The notes beneath the pieces were generated by a model that was not told the origin of the DNA, did no database searches, and was given only the letters and a program-made list of their open reading frames with translations. The translations under genes were made by a program, and so were the position numbers. 64,000 nucleotides of DNA, taken from NCBI RefSeq assembly GCF_000315625.1, contig NW_005434494.1, forward strand, positions 21,613 to 85,612. Reading direction: 5' to 3'. The DNA is from Guillardia theta CCMP2712 (Eukaryota; Protista; Cryptophyta). Shown here piece by piece: positions 1 through 13,249 of the stretch. Position 1 is the first letter of the stretch. The number at the start of each line of letters is the position of its first letter.

Positions 1-138
1 AGGAGGAGGAGGAGGAGGAGGGTGCTGTCTCTACTTCCTCTCTTGCCTTCGTAATAGAATGCATTGTAATGCTCTGTTACTCTTTGTTCCTCCATCCAAC
101 CTCTCTACCTCTTCCTCCTCCATGTCTTCCTCTCTCAC

Positions 139-2710
139 CTTGGGGACTCCAGGAGAGTCAGGAAGTCCGAGAGTGATTACACCAGATCCAGCAGAGACAA
201 GGAAACCTGATAGTGTATATCAGCAAACATGCAGAGAACAAACATGTGAGGAAAAGAGAAGTGATTGTCAGACAAGTCATGTCAATATCATCGAATAGAT
301 TTACATAAGTCATTGTGTTCGGCAACAATTTGCACTTGTTCATGAGGAATACTACATACAGTTTCTCATCAATAGAAAATCTGATGGTCATTACAAGTGA
401 TTGCGTCATTTTGTACACCACAATGTCATCATCATCATTATCAACGTCTCCAATAATCATCATCTCACCGTCAGCATGCCCGTGGTAGCATCCCTCAAAC
501 TTGATGATCTTCTCGCGTCCAGTGTGTGCGCGAACAAGACTGACAAGAAACAGACAAGTCAGAGTGCTGCTGCTCATTGCTCTGATTAGCACGCTTCTAA
601 GTGACTTCTACAGCGCCAATGATCCCTTCTTCCTATTCATACTCCACCCTCGCTCTCTCATCCATTTCTTCATCCCATGCTTTCTTCAACTTGCAACTTC
701 TCTGATGCATCTACAACATGTTTGGATTGTATTCCTACCGGAGCATTCCCATGCAAGCCTCTGTTCCAGAGTTGGTGAAGCGAACCTGACACGAGAACAG
801 TCAGCATTATTCTTGCAAGCTCAACCATATCCTCATGGCAAAGATTTTCAAGCATCAACCACATCGTTATAGCTTACAACTATCATCATCATCACCATCA
901 TCATCACTGCAAATATGTTGTAGTTTCAAAACATCTATCAGTCTTATGATCTTACCATCTCGACGGAGGGGACGGCATCAATCACCATCTTGGCGAGAAC
1001 ATTCTCTGCGGACAATGATGAGCAACATGATCAAACTCACTCATGTTCTCTTCTTCCTCCATCCTCACATCTCAACTTCCATGTTTTCATTCCCTGCATC
1101 TACAACATGTTTGGATTGTATTCCTACCGGAGCATGCATCTACAACATGTTTGGATTGTATTCCTACCGGAGCATTCCCATGCAAGCCTCTGTTCCACTC
1201 CCCTCGCCAACCCTTCCTCTTTATCTTCCTGCTGCCATCTTTGTTCTCCGTTCATGCTAATCTATCATCCCTCCTTTCTTCTCCTCTCCCTCTCCCACCT
1301 CATCCTCCTCTCCTATCTCTTTTCCCTCTCTCCTCATCTCTTCCCCATCCTCTTCTTCATCCCACCACCACCACCACCTCTCAATTCTCATCTCACCGTT
1401 GAGGGAAGGAGCTCCGAAGGACGTTCCCTTCTCAAGGGTAGCTCTGAGAGCATCGTTCACTTCGTCCACGCAGTGTCCGCAGATGGCGGGGCCCCAAGTT
1501 CCAACGTAGTCGATGTACTTGTTGCCATCGACCTGAAAGGTGATGTCACCTTGACGATCAGATGTATCATTATCATCATCGTTATCGCCACCAGCGTTCG
1601 CACCACCATCATCATCATCGTCATCGTCATCGTCAAAATTATCAGCATCGTCATTTGATTTTCATCGTCATGATCATAGTCTCAATCATCATCATCTCAT
1701 CAATCACCACCCCTCCCCCCCTCCTCATCATCTTCGTCATCATGTAAACACAAGCTTCTTACATCCCAGGCATACGCGCCCTTGACCTTGTCAAACACAA
1801 CCGGATCGCCTGAAGTGCTTGTCAATGACATGTTGAGACTTGAATGAGATGTTTTCTTCACCTCCAACAGACTTGAACGCGCGAACAGGACTGGAAACTC
1901 CTCCAGGCATCAGAGTCTGAGCGTAAAGATTATTATGTGACGGACAAAGTTGCCTCGGCAACCACAGCATCCACGACGAAAATATTCTACACATGCTTGA
2001 AGCAAAAAAGGCAGCAAACAACGGCAACAAAATGCAATCAAAGCTTCTAGCAAACATCTTCCGTCACATCGTACAGCATCTTTCAACAATAACATATCTG
2101 AACATTCTCATCTTTCAGATATCATATTGCAGTGGTCGTCTTGCAGTGTTGATCTCTCATCTCCGAAATATCCTCACCTTAGCTTCGTCCATGATCTTCT
2201 TGGACTGGGTGGTAACGAACGCAGTGGCCTCCGCTGCACGAAGCTGGGAATGATTCAGTCAGCAAGTCAGCGTCTGAGCATTGTGGAAGTACGGAGATCG
2301 CGGCGTTCTTCTGAGCAAGACGGCCATTGTTGGAGTTGAGGAGCAATCCTGGGAGAATGGTCATGATGCTGGTAGAAGAGTCTAGGATGAAGATGGTGGA
2401 AAGGATTGAAATGTGAGCAAGACAAGTGGAGATAGTTGGGAGGGCCAACAGTGAGAGACAATACGATTGTGCGAAGAACAATGAGTGACATGTCAATCCA
2501 TCACAAATACGAAGACGAAGATCTCAAAAGAAAACTTTCAGAGGAGGAGGAAGCCAGATAGCAGGAGGAGCATAGAAGATGACGTAACCATGCGCAGCAA
2601 TCCGAGGCATTGGACTGCAAGTCACAGGAGAGGCAAGAGGAAGGAGGAACAGGATCGGACAGGCATAGAGTAGGAGCTGACAGCATGACAGGATGGCAGT
2701 CTTCTACCAT
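139..2710 (-). CDS. GSA: Glutamate-1-semialdehyde 2,1-aminomutase (GSA-AT), multi-exon, 5' part only; continues beyond the left edge; start uncertain (about 2330-2710)
   Basis: Minus-strand exons read [22 protein letters not shown] / [18 protein letters not shown] / [11 protein letters not shown] / [36 protein letters not shown] / [13 protein letters not shown] / [23 protein letters not shown] / [22 protein letters not shown]. These are hallmark HemL/GSA motifs in the correct order with GT-AG junctions. Confidence 0.93.
1095..1197. repeat. Intronic tandem copies (one partial, one full) of the GSA exon/intron junction at 706-768
   Basis: tgcatctacaacatgtttggattgtattcctaccggagcat(tcccatgcaagcctctgttcca) occurs at 706, 1095 and 1135. 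Confidence 0.9.
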
Positions 2711-3184
2711 TTGGCGCAAAAGCGGCGGCAGCAGGAAGGAGGAGGACGACGGTGGACTTGAGCATTGCGGACGCCTAAAGCCTTGACGGAGGTGGGGGTT
2801 ATGAAAATTTCAATCAAAACATACGGTGGGTACTCATGGACCCGTACTTTGGATAAAATTAATGCCTGAAAATAAGGGGTACGATACAGAGATTTGAAAT
2901 AATGAGGGTAGGGGCATAAATCACATGCAAGGGGTAGGGTCATGGGTTTGTGGAGGCCGAGGAATACTCGACAGGTTTTTGCAGCCACACTAACCCCACC
3001 ACCCCCTCATTGCTACCCTACCCCGATTTTGAATGCAAATAGTGATGTTGAACCCGCTGAAATACCATGATCATTTATATGAATTTCAGGGGTGGTATAC
3101 CACCTCCACCTACCTCAATGGTTGCCCACCCACAACTCAGAGCTACCCACCCCCTCGAATGACCCTTTGCCATCGTGTCACTCA

Positions 3185-3800
3185 GGTGCCCGCTACCCCG
3201 CCGGCCTCCTCTCAGGCCCTGGGCCTCCGGGCCAGCCTGAGCCGCACGCACCGGCGGTCACCACCGGCGCCCCCGGGCCCGGCGCCCGGCCTTACAAGAC
3301 TTGTCTCAGACTCGGCTCGGCCGATCATCCGATTTGCAAACGCATCCGAGTCCGGTCCAGGATCTTTCGTCACTCATCGAGGTCACTCATCATTTCACTG
3401 AAAGGCCCGCCCCTGTACGCCAGATGTTGATCCCGGGCTTCGCTGCGCAGGCGCGGGCGGCCGGGCGGCCGGGCGGGGCCGCTACCGGCGAGTACTACTA
3501 GGCTCGTGACGCGCGGCACGGTACTCGGCTGAGTGCCCGGCATTACCGGGTACCGTACCGTAACTAGCAAGCTGATGGCTCCGATCTCGGCGGACGCCGC
3601 CGCGGTCACGTCGGTCTCGGCCTGCCACCAGGCCCGCCGGGGGCCCGGTCGGCGCGGCCCGCGGTCGTAAGGCCGCCAGTCTCGGACTCCGCCCGGAACC
3701 GTGCCACGCAGGCTTCACTGAGGCTGAGCGGCTTGCAGTGCTTGAAGCCGCCGTTGGTCACTGCCCGGTGATCGAGTCGGACACGGTACTGTTAGGGCCA
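3185..3800. other. GC-rich, short-palindrome-saturated intergenic island 1
   Basis: Dense CCGG, GGCC, GGTACC, GTGAC/GTCAC and GAGTC words; no credible ORF; upstream of GSA. Confidence 0.7.
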
Positions 3801-4021
3801 ACCAGGCGGCGAAGATGAAAAGTAACTTGAAAGCAATTTAATGACAGTGCTCAAACTCAAAAACAAACCCATCATGATTATTCGAAAGTTCGGAGAGTGC
3901 GGTGGCATTGCTACCTTCTCAAACTTCTCACTGAGACCTAGGATTAAAACGTACGTTCATGCATGCCGGCAATAGATCTGGTCGTTGATCGTCCCTTACA
4001 TGTTCTTCAACAAACTGCTCG

Positions 4022-4606
4022 TCACTGATGGCTAAGAACGTGGACCATCCCTTCCTCCATCAGCTCCTGCAGCTCCTCACTGCGACAATCCCACAAGAAG
4101 AACTCTGCTTGGTCCAAAGACTTCCCCTCGCTTTCGAGGCATACACTTGCAGGGACCTTCTGCTCGTTGCTTTCTCCGTTATGCCCCTTTTCTACAGTCG
4201 CTCGTTGATTTGCCGCCTCCTTCTCCTCGAGCTTGGAACCCTCGGAACTCAGTTGGGAGCTTTTCCGGGACACAGGATCCCTTCCGTCAAACCATTGAAG
4301 CACGCCTGACGCATCCATAGCTTTGCTTGCAAGGACCGAGCTTCTCTCTCTCGGCCAGCTGTCAACTCCGAGCTGCTTGCTTGCATTCTTGAGTGCAGTA
4401 AGGGAGACACCCTGCGAGCAAGGTCAGTCCGCAACGCATCTAATCTCGCCAACGACATTGCTTACCAGGTGTCTTGCAGCATCTACTTGCTTCATCGAGA
4501 GGAGATCATGCAGGTCTTCGATACGAATGGTGATCTTGGTGACGGGAGGCCTCGTCGTCTCGTTCCTCCTCTTGCGCAGATTGATGGTGACTCGAGTTGA
4601 GCTCAT
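4022..4606 (-). CDS. RWP-RK-like protein copy 1 (2 exons, intron about 4412-4465)
   Basis: MSSTRVTINLRKRR...LLSMKQVDAARHL|gtaagc..cgcag|GVSLTALKNASKQLGVDSWPRERS...ELQELMEEGMVHVLSHQ*. Fits the RWP-RK pattern AA..LG....LK..C...G...WP. Confidence 0.85.
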
Positions 4607-6371
4607 GTTCAGTTGTGAGCGCGGGATTGTCTCAGATGTTTTGGCTCTCAGATGTGCGTGAAAGTGAGCTTGAAACTCCTTTCACTGTTCCGAATATAAG
4701 ATGAAAAAAACACCACGTCTCAGGATGTTGCGCACTCACCGGGGGACAGGAGTTCACGTGAGATTCCACACACGGCACAAGGAACGATCCTCGTGCTGCT
4801 TGAGGCAAGTTCAGGTAGAGGTCTCTTACACCCGAGCAAGAGGAGAATGCTGAAGGGCTGAGGATATGCGCAGAAGCAGAAAGGAGCAAACGGGAAGGAG
4901 CAGAAGAAGAAGCAGGGTGTAGGAGGAGTGGGGAAAGTTTCAGTAGGGGAACGGAGATCGGTGTGCGACGTGCCGGGTACCTTGTGGCAGGGTGAAAGCG
5001 CACATGTAATAACCCTTTTACAAGTCATCACCATTTTTACAACACAATAACAATATAAGGAGGTTATCTAAAACATTATAGCCCTATCTAGCCTTTTTAT
5101 TGCATCGTTCCGTGCTCCGGTCTAACCTGAAGATCGCACCCTTTCCCATCAGATTTGAGTTTAGTGAAAGTTGGCGAGTTTTTACTGTTCCCTGATTCCT
5201 TAGCTATAGCTCCAGACTCGCAGCGTTGATGCTTTGTGACCTTTTCGTCTGTTTTCTTTGCCTGCCAGCTGGAATTTCGCCAACTACCAATGGAAGAACG
5301 ATATATCTCCTCCCCAGCGGTGTGTGATACCATGCGTGTCATGAATATTGCCATCTTTTTACAATGGGGGGTGATTGCATTTCAAAATTGATCCGAAGCT
5401 TACGAAAATTTGATCCTGTATATTGTTTGACTAAAATAAATGTATCAATTTTGATGGGGTCTGTGTGGGATATGAAGCATCAAGAAGGTAAATCAAGATA
5501 CCTCTGCCGGTGGCCCGACAGGGTTTTGACTGTTTAAGTCCATACTAAGAGACATGTGGTCAGATTGGTTGGAACGATCAGCCGAAGACGAACAAGAAAG
5601 CAAACAGTCTCAAGATCATGGAGACCTGAACGCCAGCTAGCAACCGCGCCGCTCTTATCTGTCATGCAGCACGAAGGGAGTTTGCACCCATAGAGCTTCA
5701 TGTATCACGGGTGACGTTGTGAACATGACTAGAAGCCCTTGACCACCAGAGTCCTTGACCAGGGATGATCGATCTTGCGTTCGTTGTGGATCGAGATTTC
5801 TTGCCAATTTCTTGCGTACAACAGCCAGCAGCTTCCTTGACACTTTTTCACCACGGAGAAACAGGGAGGAAGAGAAATGCGCGTTTCGGGGAGACCAGTT
5901 TTAGAATACTTCCACCAAATTGATCTCAAAGGAATTGCTTTCTAAGGTGACTGAGCCTGTCTGCGAAATTCAGTGTCACCACAACCAAAGTGCTCGAGTT
6001 GTTGGATAGTTCAGTGAAGAAAGACTAGAACAATTCCGTAGATGTCAGTTCTGTTCTTCTGGCAATGCAGATTTTGAGTTCACTACACACCTGGGCTATC
6101 CTCCAGATTTACACTGATCACCTGGAGGCAATGCTCAATAAACCTGCTCAATCAACCTGCAGTTGGGACCTCAAGGGTGTTGTCATAGTAGCAGGCAAGT
6201 TTACTTCATACCTAAACTAACTTACAAATCCTGATAAAAATTTTGATCTCATGTGATGTGATCACACTGGCAATTCTCTTAGCTATTAAAAAGGAGTTCA
6301 TTTTCACAGCAAACACATCAAGCCAAGGGGCCAAGAGGCTGAGCCCTCTGATACAAGCAGGCCAAGCAAGT

Positions 6372-7086
6372 TCATGTCGATACAGTTGTGTAGTTCCTAA
6401 CATGTCGCAAGGCCTCCTCCATCAGCTCCCTCTGCCCCTCCCCCCGGCATCCCCCCCACTCCCTCTTCCTTCCCTCTCCTGTCAATTCTCCCATCCTCTT
6501 CATCCATGCTCCCTTCACTAGCTCCCTCTGTCCTGTCCCCTCATCTTGCAGAACCTTCACTGCCTCATCATCCTCTTGCGAGAAATCATCACAGCAGCAT
6601 CCTCCTGTAGACCCTTCATCGTTCTTATCCTCTCTACCATCCTCCGCAACCTGCCGACCGGAGCACTGCGACAACCTACCGCCATGTATGTGCTCCTGTT
6701 CCGTCCTTTCCTGCCCCCCGAACCACTCCCGCACGTCCCACGCCTCCCTCCTCCTCGCTGCCAGTAGCTGGCTCCGCTCCTTGGGCCAGCTCTCCAGCCC
6801 CAGCTGCCTGCACGCGTTCTTGAGCGCCGTCAGAGACACCCCCTGCTCCCATCCAACGTCAGATCAAGCCCCGCCCTCCTCCTCCCGTCACAACAGCACG
6901 CGCTCCCCTAGCAGACAGGTCAGGCAGGGGTCATACCAGGAGCTTGGCGGCGTCGACCTGCTTGTAGACGAGGAGGCGCTGGAGGTCGCTGGCGGTGAGG
7001 AAGATCTTGGAGGCCTGGGGCTTGGCGGAGTCGCCAGCTTTCTTGCGGACGTGGATGGTGACGAAGGTGGGGCCGAACACGTTCAT
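6372..7086 (-). CDS. RWP-RK-like protein copy 2 (FGPTF subfamily; intron 6843-6936)
   Basis: MNVFGPTFVTIHVRKK...KQVDAAKLL|gtatga..agcag|GVSLTALKNACRQLGLESWPKERS...ELMEEALRHV. Confidence 0.88.
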
Positions 7087-8180
7087 TCCTTGTTTCAGTT
7101 GTTGTTTGCAATTACTGCGCAATTGATCTGGAGTTGTCTAAGTACAGAAGCAATCAATGCTCAAATTCAAGATACCGGGTTCAAGATCAAATCTGTCGAT
7201 GCTGTAGTGTTTGTTTGTTCTGTTTCAGGCAACGACGGTCTTGCAAGGAGAGATCAGAGTGCGCGGTTGACAGTTATGTACCGCGCCGGGTCAGACATGG
7301 AGGGGTGCTCAGAAGTTGATAGCACCGCCTTTGTCCTGTTGCTCGGAACGGCCAGTGAACCTGAAAGCGTAAAGATCTCAAAAATATTTAACAACCCACC
7401 CTACCCCGTGACAGACAACCCCCTTTAGAACCATTCATACCCCACTATTCTATATGAGAAGTACCCGTGTTCCGGACGATTTTGAGAATCTACCCCTGCA
7501 AATGAACCACCCACCCCGATAATTCCCTTGACATTGCGGTACCAACAATGTACAATACCACCCTACCCATCCTCACAGTATCAATTATGCAAAGTACCGG
7601 TACATTCCTGAGACTGAACCCCTGGGGAATCCGTACTGCGGCGCAATGTGGCGATATTCGTCCCGATCATTTTTTCGCGCCCCGCATGTTCAATGCTCTG
7701 TCCTCCTCCTCCTCCTCCTCCTCCTCCTCTCCGTTCTCCTCTTCCTTGTCCTCCTTGCTTCCCTTCCTCTTCCTCTTTTCCTGTCCCCTTCTATCTTCCC
7801 TTCTTCGATCTTCTCTTCGCGTTCCATTCGAGACCACCTCATGCTCCCCCCCCTCTCTTCTCCTCCACATACGTGTCATCTCATCTCATCTCTGCCCTTC
7901 ATCAGTTTTCGCCCTGTGTACAACTGTTCTTAGCTGACGACCATTGCTGGCTCATTTTGCCTGCACCTTGATTTTTCTTGATTTTGCCGTAAGGGCTTCT
8001 GGTGTTGTGATTTCGTTTTCCGTTGGCCCATTGTTCAACTTGATCCTTGTCCCCTCCCCTCCCCTCCCCTCCCCTCACCTCACCTCTCCTTACCTATCCT
8101 CTCCTCTCCTCTCCTCTTCTCTCCTCTCCTCTCCTCTCCTCGTTTCTCTTCTTGACTGTGCATCCATCTCATAATCCTCA

Positions 8181-8456
8181 ATGCAGGACCTGACTGCAGT
8201 AAGGCAGACAACAAGCATGGAAGTAGCTGTAGCGTACGTAGGAGCAGGAGTACTCGGGACAGTGGCGACGGCGCTGGGTATAGCAGGTAAACGTAAGGGC
8301 AAGTCTGATACAAGGTTGTGTTGACACCTGGAAACTTCAGCTGTCGCTCCCGTAGATGATGCGATCGATCGCAAGGCCGGAGCCTCTGACGAGCACCTGG
8401 AAGACGTAGAGGCTGGAGGACACCCGGCGATCAAACTGGTTGGCCGGGAGGATTGA
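8181..8456 (+). CDS. Small hypothetical single-TM protein (intron 8287-8340; upstream exons possible)
   Basis: MQDLTAVRQTTSMEVAVAYVGAGVLGTVATALGIA|gtaaac..ttcag|AVAPVDDAIDRKAGASDEHLEDVEAGGHPAIKLVGRED*. The frame is preserved across a 54-nt GT-AG intron; no family recognised. Confidence 0.4.
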
Positions 8457-8762
8457 CAGCGGACGGAATATTTTCAACAGCGATACCAGATCACTGAAGA
8501 GGAGAAGGAAGGGAGAGGAGGATGATAAACATGTAGCGAGAGTGAGAGAACAAGATGTTTGAAACCACTTGGCTCTCTTGTACATTCGGACGCAACGAGA
8601 CAGGAAGCGTTTGCAATTGTTGATAATTCGTGTTTGGGAACAACAAGAAGCAGCTCATGATATTCTCATCTTTGATTAAACCTTGAAACCCCAACTTCCC
8701 ATACGAACAACACTCCTCCGCACTTCACATGCACAGCTCTGCCGAGCTCAAGCGCTCGGTCC

Positions 8763-11700
8763 TCACTTCTCGCACTCTGCTGACCTTGCATACAAGGTGT
8801 GATAGTCCAAGATGAGGAGGTCAGACAGGTAAGCCTCCACCGGCTCGATCACCTCGTGTCAAAGTTTCAGTTCACAGCGAGTCAATTCAACTCCTCGCAA
8901 TACCTGGAAGTCATAACGCCAGTGCTGATGTCGGATGATACTTTTCACCACTCGCGCCAGCTCCCTTGCCTTGCTCACGTTGATAAGCCCCGCTGCCGTC
9001 ACCTCCTCCCCCAGACTCCTGTGCGCCTCTGCGAGCATGAGCATGTACCCCTCCAGGAAGGGGACACAGGGATTCTCAGGTCGAGACTCCTGCAGCTTGT
9101 GGATGGAGCTCAGGTCGTTTGCTCGCAGCGAGCAGGCCTGCCCGAGGTGCGCAAAGAGCGTCAGCGTCTTGGCGCTCTGCATGGCCTCGCTGTTGGCCTT
9201 TTTGAGCATCCTCACAGGCTTGCAGTGGAGCCCGCGCCATATCGCCATCATCGTGCTGAAGTTGCTCATTTGAAGACACTCGTCCGCCACCATGACGAAG
9301 AACTCCAGCAGCTGTACCCGCCGCGCGTGCTCCTGCTCTGAGATGATGGTCGAGGCTACCCAGCAGCTCAGGACCCTGTTGGACTCGATGAAGTCGCGGA
9401 TGGGAGAGGCCTTGGGGAGGGAGCGAGTCAGCGACCTCTTGTCGTTGAGCGAGAAGACCTCCTCGTCCTCGTTGGAGAACGGGAGACGCCGCCCAGCTAG
9501 GGCCTTGCTGCTGTCCAGCAGCTCCTCGTAGCTGATGGTGAAGAAGTGGCGAGACTCCATGAGCGTGAGCTGCCGGGCCACGTCGGCAGAGTCCAGCTGC
9601 AGGAGGTGCCAGGACCTGAGAAGAGGTCAGACTGGAAGACGAGAGAGGAGGATGGGAAATCGAGGAGGAGAGGAGGGGAGGGAGGAGGAATACGTGACAA
9701 TGAGGACAGAGAGGAAAGAGAAGGTGGGAACGAGGGAGAGGACAAGAGCGAGAAAGGAGGAGGAGCAGGAGGAGGGGAGGGAGGAGGGCAGGCATGGCTA
9801 CCTGTAGTTGTGCTCAATCCTGCTGGCGTCTCCCGATCGGCCCTCAGCGATGTAGGCCTCGTGGATCTGCAGCAGAGACAGTCTGTCTTCCAGCACTCTC
9901 CTCATCACGTCCTTGACAAGCATCAGGCTGCTCCAGTCCAGCTGCGGCTCCTGCTCGAGGCCCAGCTGGAGCCGCGGGAGGCCGTTGGGAGGGGACTGCT
10001 GGTCCGTGGACGAGCTGGTCATGCCGAGGAACGAGGTGAGGGAGGCGGCAAGAGCCGCGTCGGAGAAGTCGCGGAAGAAGTCGCGGAGCCACACGAGGAC
10101 GATGCTGCAGACTTTGTGCCGCATGACGACCAGCTCGCTCTCCAGCTCGGCCTCACTCTCGTACCGGTGATCCACCCCGAACCGGAGGGGCCCGACGGCG
10201 GCTCGGAAGCGGGACACGAGCTTGCCGAGGAACGCCTGGTGGGAGCTGGTGACCCTGTGCATGAGAACGAGCGTGACCATCAGCTCATCATCCTCGGCGA
10301 TGTTGTCCGGGGACGTCAGGAACCCGATGAGCGCGTTGATGCTCGCGGCTACCACCCGCCCCCCCTCCTGTTCCACCTCCCCACTTGTCCTGCAGCTCCA
10401 CTCCGGGTCCAAGTCCCTCCTCCTCGTGCTCTCAGCTGGGGACGAGGTTGGGCCTGTGGCCTTGTTGTCCCTCGGAGCCAGGGGGAAGGATGGCTCGATA
10501 TTTGCTATGAGGGGAGATAGGGAAACGCTCTCCTTCAGCCCCTGTTGCTCCTCGTCTGCACCACGACAGTCAGACAAGCCCCGAGGCCTCAACCTCCCAC
10601 CATCGAAGCTGAGGACCAGCGTGGAGGTCCCGCCGTCCGCCATGCCCGTCATCGCGTTTGACACGTCCGACTTGACTCGCTGGGACAGACTGAGGGTCAT
10701 GGCGAGGGTCTCCGACAGCTCTGCGGCCGTTACGCGTCACGAGGGGTCGGCAGGCCGGGGAGCGTTACTGACCTTCTTCCAGCTCATGGGGCAGACAGAC
10801 CGAGTCAAAGGCGACGTCGGAGGCAGCTGAGCTCGCGTGCTCCCTGTCGACCTCTAGCTCGGCTCTTCTTACCTCAGGCGCGCCGCTCCCGTCGCTGTCG
10901 CTGTCGCTCGGGCAGGGGCTGCTGAGGAGGAGACCACAATCACTCCTAAGAGCCTCCGACGTAAGGGTCCTTCTGCTCCGAAGGATCCGCGAGCTCAGCT
11001 TCTCGATCTCCTCCCGCAGCGCCTTCACGTTCCCCTCCAGCCGCATGTACTCCGCATCCTCCCACGGGTTGACCCGTTGCAGTCGCTGCTCCAGCGCCTC
11101 CAGCTCTTTGGCGATCGCTGCGGTCCCCGTACATCGGGTGCGGTCGGACCTGCGGAGGGATCAGAGGAGAGGAAAGGACAGCTGGGATACCTTGCTCCTC
11201 CTTCGGTGTTGTCCCCTGCCGTCGAGTCTGTCTTGATGTGCACCGAGGCTCTAGAGTCGTTGGTGCGGACTCTGCCCGACGGCCTGCTGGAGGGGGTCGG
11301 CTCAGCTGAGCGATGCCCCGGCCTGTCACTGTCCTTGCGGTTGCTCCCTCCCTTGCTCTCCTCCTGCCAGGACAGGTCGGCTGCGTTGACCTGCAACGTC
11401 ATGATCGGCCATGCCATGTTCTTCTCCGGCTGCCTCCACCGCACGCGCGTCCTGGACCCAACGCTGACTCGCTTCTGATCGCAGAGCACAAGAGCGACGT
11501 CCTGGTGGTCGACCTGATCAGAAGACTTGAGCTGCTCGTAGGTCACGAGCCTCGACAGCTGGGAGAAGATGGCGAACGACTGCACGAGCAGGAAGCAGTC
11601 GTCTTCGTCGGGGTAGCTCAGGAACTGAGCCTGCACCACCCGTCAGCTGCCAGGACCCCTCGGGCAAGCTGACCTTGTCCCACAGACGGGGGGTACCGAG

Positions 11701-13116
11701 AGAGTCGAGGGTATCAAACGCGACCTCGATGTTGCTCTGGAGCTCCTGGATCTTCCTCGGGTCCCCGAAGACTCTGGTGATGTCGAACGGCAGCGCTCGC
11801 GAGAGCCTGCTAACGGCAAACAGCGAACAGCAGTAGGGAACACCGGTCCTGACGCGTGAGGGTGAGCAGCGAGGAGCAGCGGAGGTTGTGACAAGGAGGA
11901 GGAGGAAGTGGGAAAGGTGCACAAGAACAGAGGAGAACAAGGAGGAGGAGAGGAGGAGAACAAGGAGGAGGAGAACAAGGAGGAGGAGAGGAGGACGAAG
12001 TCAATGAAGTGAGAAAGATTGAGGATAAAGATGGGGAAAACCAAGGAGGGGGAGGAGGAGAGCAAGAGAAGAGGAGTCAGGGAGGGGGCGGAGGGTTGTG
12101 CTTGAGTACCTGAAGAACTCCCAGTGTTGCGGAGCTTGCATCCTACCATCGTGGGTGTCGGGGAGCAGAGGAGCTGAGAGGTTGCACATGCTCTCAGTGT
12201 ACTCGATGGTCGACTTGTACCACTCCATCATCTTGCTCAAGTTCTTGTTCACGTCATGGACTGCATTTGCCCTGCAGGTGTTGAATATCTGCAAGATTGC
12301 TACAGGAGAGCCGTTGAGGAGGAGTCCAGCAGGGGGAAGAGACTTGCTTCCTTCTACGATCCTCGTCTTCATGTGTTTCAGCCCTTCCTCCATGACACAC
12401 CTGGCGTTAGCGTTCTTGAGCTCAACACTGTGGATGCTCATGATCTTCTGCTCCGTCATCTTTGACTTGCTGTGGTCTCTGCGGACTATCATGCTCCTCG
12501 CCGCGTGCGGGCCATGTTTGATGGCGTCGAAGAATCGCTCGATGATGTCATCGCTCGATACAGTCGCCGGTATCATCCTGCACAGCAGCAAAGTGACGAG
12601 CACGCTATCGTCGACGCCTTCAGGCAGAGGCAGCTTGAAGTGATGGCTCTCCTCCAACCAGCCTGGGTTGCAGCTCATGGCGAACACAGGACAGAGGTAC
12701 CTCGCCCATCGCCTGCAGAGCTTGCCGTCTACCGTTGACTTCCCTTCCACTGCCTCTTCCTGCCTGGGAGTGACTGACAGTCGGTGCCGAGGGGTGTGGG
12801 GGTCTCCGATGCCGCCCCCGTTGGTTGAGGGGCGTGAAGCTGAGTGAGCCGAGGGAGCATGCGCTGGTGGTGAACTGGATACGGGACGAGGAGTGGAACT
12901 GCTCGAAGGAGGAGGAACATTGTGCCGCAGGGGGGGAGACTGAGAGGAATGGGACGAATTAGGAGCCGTCTTTCTTGAGCGATCAGGACGGGAAGGAGGA
13001 GGACTGAGGTGGCCGTTCTCAGGAAGAGGAGAGAGCGTAGGGATAGAAGTTGGAGAGGACTGAAGGGGAGGAGGAGGAGGAAGAGGAGGAGGAGGAGGAG
13101 GAGGAGGAGGCGACAT
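8763..13116 (-). CDS. Ras guanine-nucleotide exchange factor (Pro-rich N-terminus, REM domain, CDC25 domain), multi-exon
   Basis: REM-like VVAASINALIGFLT...LVLMHRVTSSHQAFLGKLVSRF...VLVWLRDFFRDF. CDC25-like DVARQLTLME...WVASTII...RRVQLLEFFVMVADECLQMSNFSTMMAI...PCVPFL...GLINVSK. Last exon VIEPVEAYLSDLLILDYHTLYARSAECEK* (stop 8763-8765). Confidence 0.88.
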
Positions 13117-13249
13117 ACTTCATGCCGGCCGGTGTTTTGAACCAGTAGGAACCGGGCCAGGACCGAATTTAAAATTAAAGGTTAAAACAACTAAATCATG
13201 ATTAAGAAGCCAAAATAATATTTAAGAGACTAAATAAAGATTAAGCCCG

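Noticed and set aside
5097-6200. Short minus-strand ORFs between RWP-RK copies 1 and 2 (similar weak fragments at about 36300-36900, 47900-49880, 51830-52990 and 54000-54900)
   Set aside because: Could be degraded or highly spliced genes, but no consistent frame or family motif could be assembled by eye.
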